Assembly: GCF_001194135.2 (NCBI RefSeq) | Contig: NC_068992.1 | Location: 60,305,115-60,369,114 of the forward strand | DNA: 64,000 nucleotides | From: Octopus bimaculoides | Taxonomy: Eukaryota | Direction: 5' to 3' | Part shown: one piece after another, positions 13,310-24,912 of the stretch | Numbering within the stretch: the first letter of the stretch is position 1 | How the letters are laid out: each line of letters starts with the position of its first letter | Translations under genes and position numbers: made by a program | Notes under the pieces: model-generated | What the model was told of the DNA's origin: nothing | The model's input: the letters and a program-made list of their open reading frames with translations, nothing else | The model's database searches: none

Positions 13310-13478
13310 TTCATATTTTGATACAACGCCTGCAAGTTCGGGGAGTAGGTAAGTCGATTACATCGGTCCCAAAATGATGAAAGGCAAAGTCGGCTTCGGT
13401 GGCATTTGAATTCAGAGAGTGAGGACGGACGAAAATGCTGCCAAGCATCCTTCTTGGGGTGCGAACTATTCTGCCATT
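13310..13478 (-). mobile_element. SINE family A with internal deletion
   Basis: gtaagtcgattacatcg...gatgaaaggcaaagtcggcttcggtggcatttgaattcaga...ttctgcca. Confidence 0.8.
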
Positions 13479-13779
13479 ATTTTGAAGTTGATGTTTTTCA
13501 CGTCACCCACTTTTATTTTCTGCTTGTTTTTCTAGACAGAAATCACTGAGGTGGTTTTTGTTACATCCATTTGGTTTATCTATCTGTACCACTTACCTGA
13601 CTGAATTACAGGGGAAACCATCGATGTGAAACACCACTGGAAGGGTAGAGTTCCATTAAAATTTGGATTTACATCCCAAGAACTGACATATCAGTACCCG
13701 TAAAGAAAAGGGATATTTTGCAAGTTTACAAATTCCCGTTTTCGGGAGACAAGTCCCCAAACCAGGACTTTCTTTTCAG

Positions 13780-13970
13780 GAGAAACAGAGTTACTTACCG
13801 TATATACGACGCAATTTTTTTGTCTCAAAAAGTCACTCTGGATCCTATATGCCAAATTAAGCCTCCCATAAGCTGCTTTAATTCATTAAAAACAATTTTT
13901 CCTAAATATGCGCTGCCTACAACTGCGATGCGTCTGCTGTGCCGGTGCGTATTTTATGTCTTTAAATATG
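13780..13970 (+). CDS. Candidate internal exon; could be the beta-roll of a degenerate cyclic-nucleotide-binding domain
   Basis: Strong acceptor ctttcttttcag| and donor |gtaggt; only one frame is open over 191 nt (RNRVTYRIY...SCFNSLKTIFPKYALPTTAMRLLCRCVFYVFKY). TTAMRLLCRCVFYVF aligns without gaps by eye to TATVRALTYCDLFVL. The canonical FGE and glycines are absent. Confidence 0.4.
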
Positions 13971-14196
13971 GTAGGTTTTCTTCTTCTTGTTCATAAAATC
14001 CGCAAAATACGCAGATTATCTGCGAACTCATCTCCGCTTTTAGACAATTTCCTGATTTATTTTCACGTAATAAAGCTTTTAATAAATATCTATTCTCTGG
14101 TGTAACACTTCTAGAACCTTTTTCATGGAGCTGTAAATCGAAAAAGGTTGGAAATTGCTGCTATAAATATATACTCCTTTGCTGTTATCAACAACA

Positions 14197-14380
14197 TCAG
14201 CAACAACACACACACATACTCACATGCACGTATGCATACGCACACATATGCACACACACGCACAGACACACGCACGCACACACACACATACGCACGCACA
14301 TACACATACGCACGCACACACGCACATACCCAGTCACAGACATACACACATATACGCACGCCCGCACGCACATATGTATT

Positions 14381-14433
<53 letters not shown>

Positions 14434-14477
14434 TTGTGTGTGTGTGTGTGTGTATACATGTATATATGTGTGTGTGT

Positions 14478-14523
<46 letters not shown>

Positions 14524-14630
14524 ACTTGTGTGTGTGTGTATACATTTATATATATATGTGTGTGTGTACATGTGTGTGCATACATGTATATATATATATA
14601 TGTGTGTGTACATGTGTGTGTGTTGAGGCA
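14197..14630. repeat. Compound (CA)/(TA)/(TG) microsatellite
   Basis: Read directly from the sequence. Confidence 0.95.
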
Positions 14631-14784
14631 GTATTACGGTATTGATACTGATAAGGTGAATGGTGATTGTGACATCCGGACATGAGTTTATAATATCGAT
14701 ATTATCAAAGTGAGTTAGATAACCGAATGATTATTGCTACTGATTTAACAAATGATAAATTATATTTCATATACGTTAGGTCAG

Positions 14785-14834
14785 CGGGTGTTATGGAAGG
14801 ATTATCACAATACCTTGACAACATCAAGCAGTAA
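14785..14834 (+). CDS. Weak candidate exon (AGVMEGLSQYLDNIKQ), possible CNBD B-helix
   Basis: gtcag| acceptor gives a phase-1 join to 13970, yielding VFKY-AGVMEGLSQYLD, in register with CNG LSKDDLMEALTEYPD. Ends at donor gtaatt (14831) or TAA. Confidence 0.25.
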
Positions 14835-15165
14835 TTGAATGCTGAATCAATACGTGTATCATATGTGTTGAAATAAATAATCAAAGCGAGATTGTAGACA
14901 ATATATAGTTAAATAAATGGGTAATTTTATCAAACATTTCAACGACCATTCAATGCTGAATTGCACAGAAAATAATGTCTCTCTTGTTTTTGTTATTGTA
15001 ATCTGTGTCAGGAGAAGCAATCACTAAAATTCAGATAACTCTTCTTATTATATTGATTTCGTTTATTCTTTTCATTATTTTCATCATTTTTGCTTTCAAA
15101 TTTCTGCAAATTAAGTCAATTGAGTTTCCAGTGTGTCACTAGAAATTAACACAGATGTAATATAA

Positions 15166-15375
15166 AGGCGATGAGCAGGTAGAATCGTTAGCACACTGGG
15201 CAAAATGCTTTGCGATATTACGTCCGGCTTTACTTTCTGATGTCAAATTCCGTCACGGTCGACATTTGCCTTTCATTATTTCGGGGTCGATAAAATAAAC
15301 GCCAGTTGATTACCGTGGACAATGTAATCGACTAACTCCTTCCTCGAAATTGCTGTGCCGAATTTTGAAAGTAAT
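15166..15375 (+). mobile_element. SINE family A, full length, diverged
   Basis: aaggcgatgagcaggtagaatcgttagcac...gcctttcattatttcggggtcgataaaataa...aattttgaaag. Confidence 0.88.
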
Positions 15376-16039
15376 ATATATGTAATATAAGGTAGAGTAT
15401 TGGTGTATTCATAAGGGCGTTGGATACTGTGTGATTTGTGGTGTTTTTTGCGAATCCTTGCAGCGTGAGTTCGTATCTTGCTGAAGATTATTTAGCCTTT
15501 CCTTCATTCGAAGATCGATAAAAAGGTGCTAATTCAGGACGGTGGGACGGCTGGAATGTTAAATCTTTAGGTCGCTTCTGATAGGACACTATGGTGGAGG
15601 TGCTTGTAGTATCTCGTCCGGCCCTTTACTATGGTGGAGTCTTGTAGCATCTCGTCCGGCCCTTTACCTCTTCAGGGTAACACCTATTCCGAAACTATTG
15701 TCGAGCAGTATCGGCCCCTACAGCATTGGTGGCATGGAGACAGTAGCCCATATCACATAATTATATTTAAAGACTAACCAGTGAAGAAGAATTCGAGATC
15801 TTTGCAACTTCCATGAACTTTCAAGAGATTTAAAATATTGGCAAGGGCAGGTATTGTCCAAAGAGAAAAGCGGACAGCTTAGAAAAGCAGCGCTTCTGCA
15901 TCGTTAATTCGGTTTTTAGTCAGCCAAACATAAAACAAAATCAATATCCCATACATCAAAGGAATCAAAGACAAGAAAGTGTCATTTAACAATTATTCAT
16001 TCAATCATTTATTTTCTCCAACCGTTATTGCTAGGAAAC

Positions 16040-16385
16040 TCTTAAAGATAGTGCTCTCAAGCACCTCCACCATAGTGTCCTATCAGAAGCGACCATTGTT
16101 ACTCTTTCCGTCTATCATTGCTCTCTCCGTCTAGATTCCTAAGCGTAACCCACTAAGTCTCTGGATTTTACCCAACTATATCTTTATTGGTCTATTTCTA
16201 GGTTCCTTGCCGTCGGGCTCGGCTTGAAGAATACGTCTTGCGATCCTTTTCTCCGACATTTTAGAGGAGCAGTGACCTCTTAATAAGGTGCAGTAGTGGC
16301 CCGACCTGAAGACACTCCCAGATCTCCGAACTACGAAGCCAGATTGTGTAACGTTTCTCCAGGGATTTTTCGGAGGGAACCTATT
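16040..16385 (-). mobile_element. RTE-clade LINE fragment (C-terminal end of ORF), pseudogenised
   Basis: Minus-strand frames give RSSEIWECLQVGPLLHLIKRS / MSEKRIARRILQAEPDGKEPRNRP / GLRLGI / VASDRTLWWRCLRAL, matching the RTE motif series RSSEIRxxLxVEPLL...ARRILxAxPxGKRPRGRP...VAxDRxxWR. Frameshifts and stops present. Confidence 0.8.
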
Positions 16386-16539
16386 TCGATCGCTTGAATT
16401 ATCATTGAAAATCAGTGAAAATTTCTGGTTGAATTTGTATATGAATCATCCCTTATAACTGCAATGGAGAAATATACAAAAAGATGGGAAATGACATCGG
16501 AAAGAGATAAGAGGCAAAAAGAAGAAAAATTTGTCTAGA

Positions 16540-16896
16540 GCAGGCTTAGTTGCGTGGCATGAAGTTTGCTTCCCGACCACATGGTTCTGGATTCGATCCC
16601 ATTGCGTGGCAACTCGGCTTCAGGTTGACCAAATCCTTATGAGTGGATTTGATAGACGGTAACTGAAAGAAACCCGTAATATTCTTTTACATGTTACAGT
16701 CATTTGACTGCAGCCATGCTAGAGCACCGCCTTAAAAGATTTTAGTTGAAGAAATCGATCCCAGTATTTATTCTTTGTAAGCTGATACTTATTCCATCGG
16801 TCTCTTTACAGAACCGCAAAGTTACGGGGAAGCGAACATATCAACATTGGTTGGAAAGCGATGGTGGTAGTGGGAGTATAAATTTAGACCTAAAGT

Positions 16897-16935
<39 letters not shown>

Positions 16936-17520
16936 TCGCCATGATAGATCGCTAGCCACTATACATTCTTTTTTTTCTCTCCTTGTTTCTTTCTGTGTTC
17001 TTTTCTGTGGAAGAGCATAGGCTCGAAACGTTAAAGACTTTTTCATTTCCCGAGCGTTATACTAATACATCTGTTTGTTGTCTACACCACCNNNNNNNNN
17101 NNNNNNNNNNNNNNNNNNNNNNNNNNNNNNNNNNNNNNNNNNNNNNNNNNNNNNNNNNNNNNNNNNATACACTACGGTCTTCTTTCAGTTTGCAATTACT
17201 AACTCCACTCACAAAGCTTTGGTCGGCCCAACGTGTCACGCAGTGGGACTGAACCTGGAACCATGCAGTTGAGAAGCAACCTTCTTACCACACTGTGTAT
17301 ATATCTCTGTGTGTGTGCTTTATGTGTTGCCGACCACCAATTGACAAGCGGTGCTGGTGTGTATCTTAGCCGCTCGACAAAACAGACTGATAGATTAAGT
17401 ACCAGACTTAACAAAAACACTTAAGCATTGAGATCGAATCATTCGACAAAAATTTCTTCCAGGTGGTGCCCCAGCATGGCCGTAGTGTAATGCCTGAAAC
17501 AAGTAAAAGTTAAAGATAAG
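16540..17520. mobile_element. Nested SINE family B copies: outer (+) 16540-16680 and 17296-17520, inner (-) 16681-17295
   Basis: Order is head(+), 3' module(-), linker, head(-), 3' module(+). Head: gcaggc...cccattgcgtggca...gtggatttgatagacggtaactgaaagaa. 3' module: ...ccagcatggccgtagtgtaatgcctgaaacaagtaaaag. Confidence 0.85.
16950..17091 (+). mobile_element. Short dispersed repeat with hammerhead-like core (Penelope-terminal-like), copy 1
   Basis: ctgtggaagagcataggctcgaaacgttaaagac...cccgagcgttatactaatacatctgtttgttg; second copy at 39380-39533. Confidence 0.7.
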
Positions 17521-18111
17521 GGAATTATGAAGAGAAAGCAAAAGCCAAGACATCATATTGTGATTTTCCGAAATTCCTCCCAAAGTATTGACGAGCTTCT
17601 AGTAATTTTATCGATTAATTTAAACGAAATGAAATTGTACGGCCTGTACCAAGTTCAATATAAAAACCAACGGGAAACATATTTGTCGCACACAAAATAT
17701 TGGACGCTGTTTGAGAAGCTAAGTTTGTCCTTTCACCTTCCGTTGGAAACTAGATGTGAAAAATGAGAAAATGATTGAATTCTGTTTGGTGCTTCGACAG
17801 AAAATATATAAAGAAACAAATAAATTAAATAAAAAATAACAAAATAGCAAGGTAAAATATCAGGACGTAAGGTGAAAGAGAAGAAGAGGGAAAATAAATT
17901 CGATCCAATAAAGCAAACACCAGAAATTATTGCCGTCTTTGTCATGAGAAGGGCCCTAAAAGAATCAGAGACATAATTGGTCCGGGAGTTTGTATATGAC
18001 TTTTGAGTGAATGTGTGTGCATGAGTGTGTGTGTGTGCGTGCGTGTGTGTGTATGTACATGCGTGTGTGTGTGTATGTATGTGTTTGTGTGCGTGTAAGA
18101 AAATGAGAGAG

Positions 18112-18149
<38 letters not shown>

Positions 18150-18179
18150 AGAGAGGATGCAGATTTGCTTGTGTTTGCA

Positions 18180-18212
<33 letters not shown>

Positions 18213-18884
18213 NNNNNNNNNNNNNNNNNNNNNNNNNNNNNNNNNNNNNNNNNNNNNNNNNNNNNNNNNNNNNNNNNNNNNNNNNNNNNNNNNNNNNNNN
18301 NNNNNNNNNNNNNNNNNNNNNNNNNNNNNNNNNNNNNNNNNNNNNNNNNNNNNNNNNNNNNNNNNNNNNNNNNNNNNNNNNNNNNNNNNNNNNNNNNNNN
18401 NNNNNNNNNNNNNNNNNNNNNNNNNNNNNNNNNNNNNNNNNNNNNNNNNNNNNNNNNNNNNNNNNNNNNNNNNNNNNNNNNNNNNNNNNNNNNNNNNNNN
18501 NNNNNNNNNNNNNNNNNNNNNNNNNNNNNNNNNNNNNNNNNNNNNNNNNNNNNNNNNNNNNNNNNNNNNNNNNNNNNNNNNNNNNNNNNNNNNNNNNNNN
18601 NNNNNNNNNNNNNNNNNNNNNNNNNNNNNNNNNNNNNNNNNNNNNNNNNNNNNNNNNNNNNNNNNNNNNNNNNNNNNNNNNNNNNNNNNNNNNNNNNNNN
18701 NNNNNNNNNNNNNNNNNNNNNNNNNNNNNNNNNNNNNNNNNNNNNNNNNNNNNNNNNNNNNNNNNNNNNNNNNNNNNNNNNNNNNNNNNNNNNNNNNNNN
18801 NNNNNNNNNNNNNNNNNNNNNNNNNNNNNNNNNNNNNNNNNNNNNNNNNNNNNNNNNNNNNNNNNNNNNNNNNNNNNNNNNNNN

Positions 18885-18932
<48 letters not shown>

Positions 18933-19584
18933 GTAAATATCTGCGTGCATATGTGTGTGTGTATGTATATCTGTATCTACTATATATATCAGTCATCCCT
19001 CAACAAAAGTTTAACGCATTTCTTCGTGTAACCATAACTATATTTATAGTTACAGGTATCAAGCAGCTTTGTAAAGAACGTTATTAAAGATTCGTTAAAA
19101 ATACATAAAATAAACGAAGCACCAAAATAACTACGTGAGACCATAAACATTGCGAAAGCACTTCGTCTGTGCCCAGCACGTGCGTAGTTTATTGAATGGA
19201 AATAACTAATGAAAGAATTATGACCACAGCCCACATATATAGACCTCTCGTACATTATATACACGCGCACTTAAATTATTGATGGTTATTTACAATGCAG
19301 TTCCGCTGCTACGACACGAACTCCCGAATATCTGGTTGAAAAACTAACGGTTCATCTATTAGTTAATAGTTAATAGAGATAAGTTATCACGTCATTACAA
19401 CCGGCCACACGTAGGCTTAAGGCAATGTTTATTATAAAGCGTTTGCACAGCTGGGGAGTTCTAGGTTTTAACTGATTGGGACAGCTGTGATGTTTGTCAG
19501 CATTCCAGTGCTGACAGCGGTATATCTTTATTACTAGTCTAATGGAGCGAGATTTTTTTTTTTCATCCAGAGTCGTTAACCCAT

Positions 19585-19622
<38 letters not shown>

Positions 19623-21913
19623 NNNNNNNNNNNNNNNNNNNNNNNNNNNNNNNNNNNNNNNNNNNNNNNNNNNNNNNNNNNNNNNNNNNNNNNNNNNNNN
19701 NNNNNNNNNNNNNNNNNNNNNNNNNNNNNNNNNNNNNNNNNNNNNNNNNNNNNNNNNNNNNNNNNNNNNNNNNNNNNNNNNNNNNNNNNNNNNNNNNNNN
19801 NNNNNNNNNNNNNNNNNNNNNNNNNNNNNNNNNNNNNNNNNNNNNNNNNNNNNNNNNNNNNNNNNNNNNNNNNNNNNNNNNNNNNNNNNNNNNNNNNNNN
19901 NNNNNNNNNNNNNNNNNNNNNNNNNNNNNNNNNNNNNNNNNNNNNNNNNNNNNNNNNNNNNNNNNNNNNNNNNNNNNNNNNNNNNNNNNNNNNNNNNNNN
20001 NNNNNNNNNNNNNNNNNNNNNNNNNNNNNNNNNNNNNNNNNNNNNNNNNNNNNNNNNNNNNNNNNNNNNNNNNNNNNNNNNNNNNNNNNNNNNNNNNNNN
20101 NNNNNNNNNNNNNNNNNNNNNNNNNNNNNNNNNNNNNNNNNNNNNNNNNNNNNNNNNNNNNNNNNNNNNNNNNNNNNNNNNNNNNNNNNNNNNNNNNNNN
20201 NNNNNNNNNNNNNNNNNNNNNNNNNNNNNNNNNNNNNNTATATATATATATATATATATTGATGTGCATACATATACACCCACATATATTTGTAGATGTA
20301 TTTAAGTATACTTATGTACGTAGATCTGTTTATATATACATATATATGTATATATATATATATATATATCTATATATATATGTATGTATATGTACATTAT
20401 TCATACTTATGTGCGTAGTATTGATAGAACGTTGGTAAACGGTGTAGCAATACTGCAGTGCCACGGAATCAACCCTTTTGCAATTTTATATCTAATTTCA
20501 GCTAGAATAATTCATTACATTTCCCCAGGGACTCTAACAATGAGCGCACTACCAACGGGACATGGAACAAGTATTATATGAGAAAAGAGCTCGACATAAT
20601 ATCTATTCAGCCATGACAGCTCTTTAATAAAGATACTTATTAGCAGTTTACTAATGAGAACTCATATCCTGTTACATCATCATCATTAAAGGAACATCTA
20701 CAGCAGCACCGATGGCGGGAGCAGCAGCAATGTCATCGGTGGTAATAATATTGGTTATAACAGCAGTTATATTAATGGAAGCAACACACTCATGCTACTA
20801 CTGTGTAAGATTCATGCTGCTTGACGGATGGATTGAAGACTTTCGAGCAGATGAAGAAACGTCGTTCTGTATGAGATAAAGTTGGTTTGCGATTGTCTTA
20901 ATAGACTGAAAGACATAAATAGCGAGACATTATTTAGGTTGTACTATATTAGACAATGTAGTCCTGGTTAAATTTTGTTGGAAAGATTTTGGTTTGTCAA
21001 GGCTGGAATGTCTTTCATCATTAATCTACTTGATTAGTGTTTATCGAGGAAGAAACATTGCAATAATTGAACTCTTGTGTATAGAATAAAATCAATAAAT
21101 TTATATAGAATTATATAACTTCTAAAAATGTTAGGGCTAAAATCATAGCCTAAGACCTTTACTTAGATTATAGAGTAAAGGATGACGATGTGATAAAAGG
21201 ATAACTTGCATAACTTTGAATGATCACAATTTATTTTACGTTCTGAAGATATCTCAGAAACTTGATATCCACTACTTCCTGCAACAGCAACCTGTGAATT
21301 GAGGTCCTTTTCTCTCTTTCCATCACACAGGCCTTGTGCGATTCCATTTCTCCTTATTCTAAACCATCAAAAATAAGAGAAACATAAAAATAAAAGTATC
21401 AGAGAAAAGGTACACGTCGTTGAAGTATGGTGTATCGGGCTAAGCTCCAGATAATTCAATTCTAATCAAATAATCAGCTTTTCACTATGACATTATATAA
21501 TTGCACTCATTGCTTTAAAGCGATCAGGTAAATTGCGCCCAAGTTCAAAATATTTTGACTTGATTCCGGCAACAAACTTTCCACTAAACCATCCTACATA
21601 TAGATATACGTGCAGGGGTAGGTGAATCGTACAAAATACTAGAAACCTTTTATTTTTACTTTTCCTCAGACAACTGGTTTGTACTAAACCTTCATACATA
21701 TGATCATGCATACAGCTGTTTCGTGAATTGTACTTTTCACCAGAACATTTTCATTTAATAATCAGGCAGTAAGCTTTCTCCTCCAGCATGACATACAGAG
21801 TCAGGGGTAATGTTTTACATCAAGCAGATGAATCGTACTAAACTTCAGAATATTTTAAAGTTTATTAAGGCACCATGCTCACCACGAAAACATCACACAT
21901 ATGCTCAGCTGTA

Positions 21914-22136
21914 TACAAGGGGGGGAGCTGTAAAGTTCCTGGCTTTGGGTAAAAGAAAATATAGGAGGATCAGTTAATTATGATTTTATTGAACATATTT
22001 CCCTCTCAGATTCGCACATTTATTGCAGCAATCCTTCAGTTTTTCACAGACCTATAAAAGAATTCGGAGGGTTGGGCCTCCAGCCAGACCTTTCGCGATA
22101 CACTCAAAACCAGGAACTTTTTAGCGCCCCCTCGTA
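21914..22136. mobile_element. Mariner-type MITE with TA target duplication
   Basis: TA|caagggggggagctgtaaagttcctggcttt ... aaaccaggaactttttagcgccccctcg|TA; imperfect TIRs of about 28 bp. Confidence 0.85.
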
Positions 22137-24006
22137 GCAGTCAGGCAAATCATATTCAACTTCATAACGTTTAGATAAAATCAAACAGCAAATTTATTAC
22201 TATGCCATTACACACGCGATCTTAAGTGAAGTACATCAGAAAAAATATATAAGTCGAAACAATTTGTTGGCTNNNNNNNNNNNNNNNNNNNNNNNNNNNN
22301 NNNNNNNNNNNNNNNNNNNNNNNNNNNNNNNNNNNNNNNNNNNNNNNNNNNNNNNNNNNNNNNNNNNNNNNNNNNNNNNNNNNNNNNNNNNNNNNNNNNN
22401 NNNNNNNNNNNNNNNNNNNNNNNNNNNNNNNNNNNNNNNNNNNNNNNNNNNNNNNNNNNNNNNNNNNNNNNNNNNNNNTATATATATATATTTATATATA
22501 TATATATATATATACACACACATACATACATATACTTCAAATTTACAGAAGGCAAAAACTAACACCACAGGTGAAAGAACAACAAGGAGGTGTATTAGTT
22601 TAACGCTTGAGAAGAATGGGAAAGTCTTTGACGTTTCTGGCCTACGCCCTTTTACAGATAGGATTAAGAGGAAAAAAAAACGAAGAAAAAATGAAAAAAA
22701 AACCGGAGTGAGAACAAATGTGTAAGGATTAACGGTTCAACATATATAATTAATGAGAGAGAGAGAGACGGAATATGGAATATACGAGAATCCTTATTGA
22801 TCGCTACAATCATTTCGACCCATCTAGCATCGATCACTCGTGGTGGTATACTGTACAACCTGATTAATTACATACCCGACTAAAACTGAGGAATTCCCGA
22901 GGAAGATCCAGTTCCATTTATAATAATACTACCGCGGATGACTTCAGTTAGCCATAGGCAGTGAACGTGCTTTATCAGGAACCTACCAGACGTATATCAT
23001 ATTCTTAATTAACTACTGGTTGTAAATACATACATACATACATATATATGTTTGTATGCGTGAATGTGTGTGCGTGTGTGTGGTTAGCTCTGCTGATTTT
23101 GTGTGTCTGTGTGTATGTATCTTTCTGCGACATATATTCACAAAGGGTGTAAAGAGAGGTGAGAGTAATATAATGAATAAAAGGAAGGATTTTAAAAATA
23201 TAAAATTTGTTTTTCTTCGAACGCAGCTCTTTGCAATATTTCTTCTGAGCCAAATTATGGACACTACCCCGTGTTATTCCCACCGTCAAAATTACATTGA
23301 AGTAAAAGGATTGACTCAAAAGAAACCTCTGATTCACGACGCTATTGGTTACCAGTCGCTATATAAAATAATAAATAAATAATGTTGAAAATTTTTCCCG
23401 AAACAAAATCGATTTCCGATGTGTTTGTTGTTGTTTTTCTCATCATCATCATCATCATCATCATCATCGTCGTCGTCGTTGCTGTTGTTGTCGTTGTTTT
23501 ACTGTGTTTGATTGCTCATTTCTTTCCTTCTTCCTTTCTCTGCCTCACAACTAAGAAGTAGGAACATACTCATTGAAGAAAATTGAATGAAACAGACAGT
23601 AATGAAAATCTATAAAGAACATGAGTTGTCAAAGAGAATACTCGAGGGGTATTTATTGAGTTCTTGATTTGATTGGCTGTTTTGTTTTTCTTCGTTTATC
23701 TCTTCGATGGAATATTGATGAAATATTTTAACGTCTTCATTTTGTATTTCCGGACCTGATTGCTTTTAAACACCTTAAAAGCAACGTTTTAAAGTGAAAC
23801 AAAGCGATTGCAGTCGAATAATTGAATCACAGTTCTGATTTCTGTTTTTCGTTTCTTAAAACACATTTGCAGTGTTTTCGTCAAACGACTTCTTACAAAA
23901 TATTTCTTCAAGAGTCGAACAAAATAAAGGGATTTCATTATGTCTGCTAGAAATAGCAGCCAACTATTTTCGAAGCTACACACTGGTGTTTAAATCACAG
24001 GAAGAT

Positions 24007-24378
24007 GTTCTTTAATCTTTTACGTGTTTTAGTCATTGGGTGTGGCTCTACTGGAGCACCGTCTTGGCCGGTGTACTCGGACAAATCGACTCCAATACAT
24101 GTATATTTTAAATTCTGATACTTATTCTATCGATCGTTTTTTACGGGGACATAAACAAACCCACAGGGATTGGTAAACGATTGGGGGGGGGGTCACAAAC
24201 ACACACGCACACATATACACACTGGTCTTCTTTCAGTTTCGTCCACCGACTCTACTCACAGGGTTTTGATCGGACCGTGACTACAGCAAAAGACACTTGA
24301 CCAAGGTGCCACACAGTGGAACTGAACCTGAAACAACGTGGTTGGGAAACAAACTTCTTACCACACAGCCATGCATGT
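24007..24378 (-). mobile_element. SINE family B, full length (head, microsatellite linker, 3' module)
   Basis: gtgttttagtcatt...ctggagcaccgtc...tcttctttcagtttc...ccaaggtgccacacagtggaactgaacc...cttcttaccacacagcc. Confidence 0.9.
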
Positions 24379-24486
24379 GCCTATTTACAGAACTGGAGAC
24401 ACTGTCTGAAGATAGAAGGTAGCAGAACGCCTGGAGTGTTTTTAACTATAGACCTGTTTCAAATCATGTTTACTATTTCCTTACTA

Positions 24487-24700
24487 AGGCGGCGAATTGG
24501 CAGAGACGTTAGCACACCGGGCGAAATACTTAGCGGTATTTCGTCTGCCGCTACGTCCTGAGTTCAAATTCTGCCAGGTCGACTTTGCCTTTCATCCTTT
24601 CGGGGTCGATAAATTAAGTACCAGTTGCACACTGGGTCGATCTAATTGACTGGCCCACTCTCCAAAAGTCTCGGGCCTGGTGCCTAGAATAGAAAGAATA
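24487..24700 (+). mobile_element. SINE family A, full length, young
   Basis: A box tggcagagacg, B box gagttcaaatt, core ggtcgactttgcctttcatcctttcggggtcgataaattaagtacc, tail cgggcctggtgcctagaatagaaagaata. Confidence 0.95.
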
Positions 24701-24912
24701 TTTTCTTTCTACTTTAGGCACAAGGAATGAAATTTTGGGGTGGGGTAAGTCTATTAGATCAACACCAGTACGCAACTTGTATTCAATTTATTGAAACCCG
24801 AAAGGACGAAAAGCAAAGTTGATCTCGGCGGAATTTGAACTCAGAACGTAAAGACAGACGAAATACCGCTAAGCATTTCGTCCGGATTGCTAACATTGCT
24901 GCCAGCGCGCCG
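24701..24912 (-). mobile_element. SINE family A, full length, tail-to-tail with the preceding copy
   Basis: ttttctttctactttaggcacaagg...ctcggcggaatttgaactcagaacgtaaagacagacgaaataccgctaagc...tgccagcgcgcc. Confidence 0.93.

Noticed and set aside
13597-14130. Two-exon minus-strand gene suggested by GTAAGT donors at 13596 and 13798
   Set aside because: Phases do not join and the frames carry stops; the + strand exon explains the region better.
24487-24570. tRNA genes
   Set aside because: The A and B boxes belong to SINE heads that continue into SINE bodies; there is no canonical anticodon arm or poly-T terminator.
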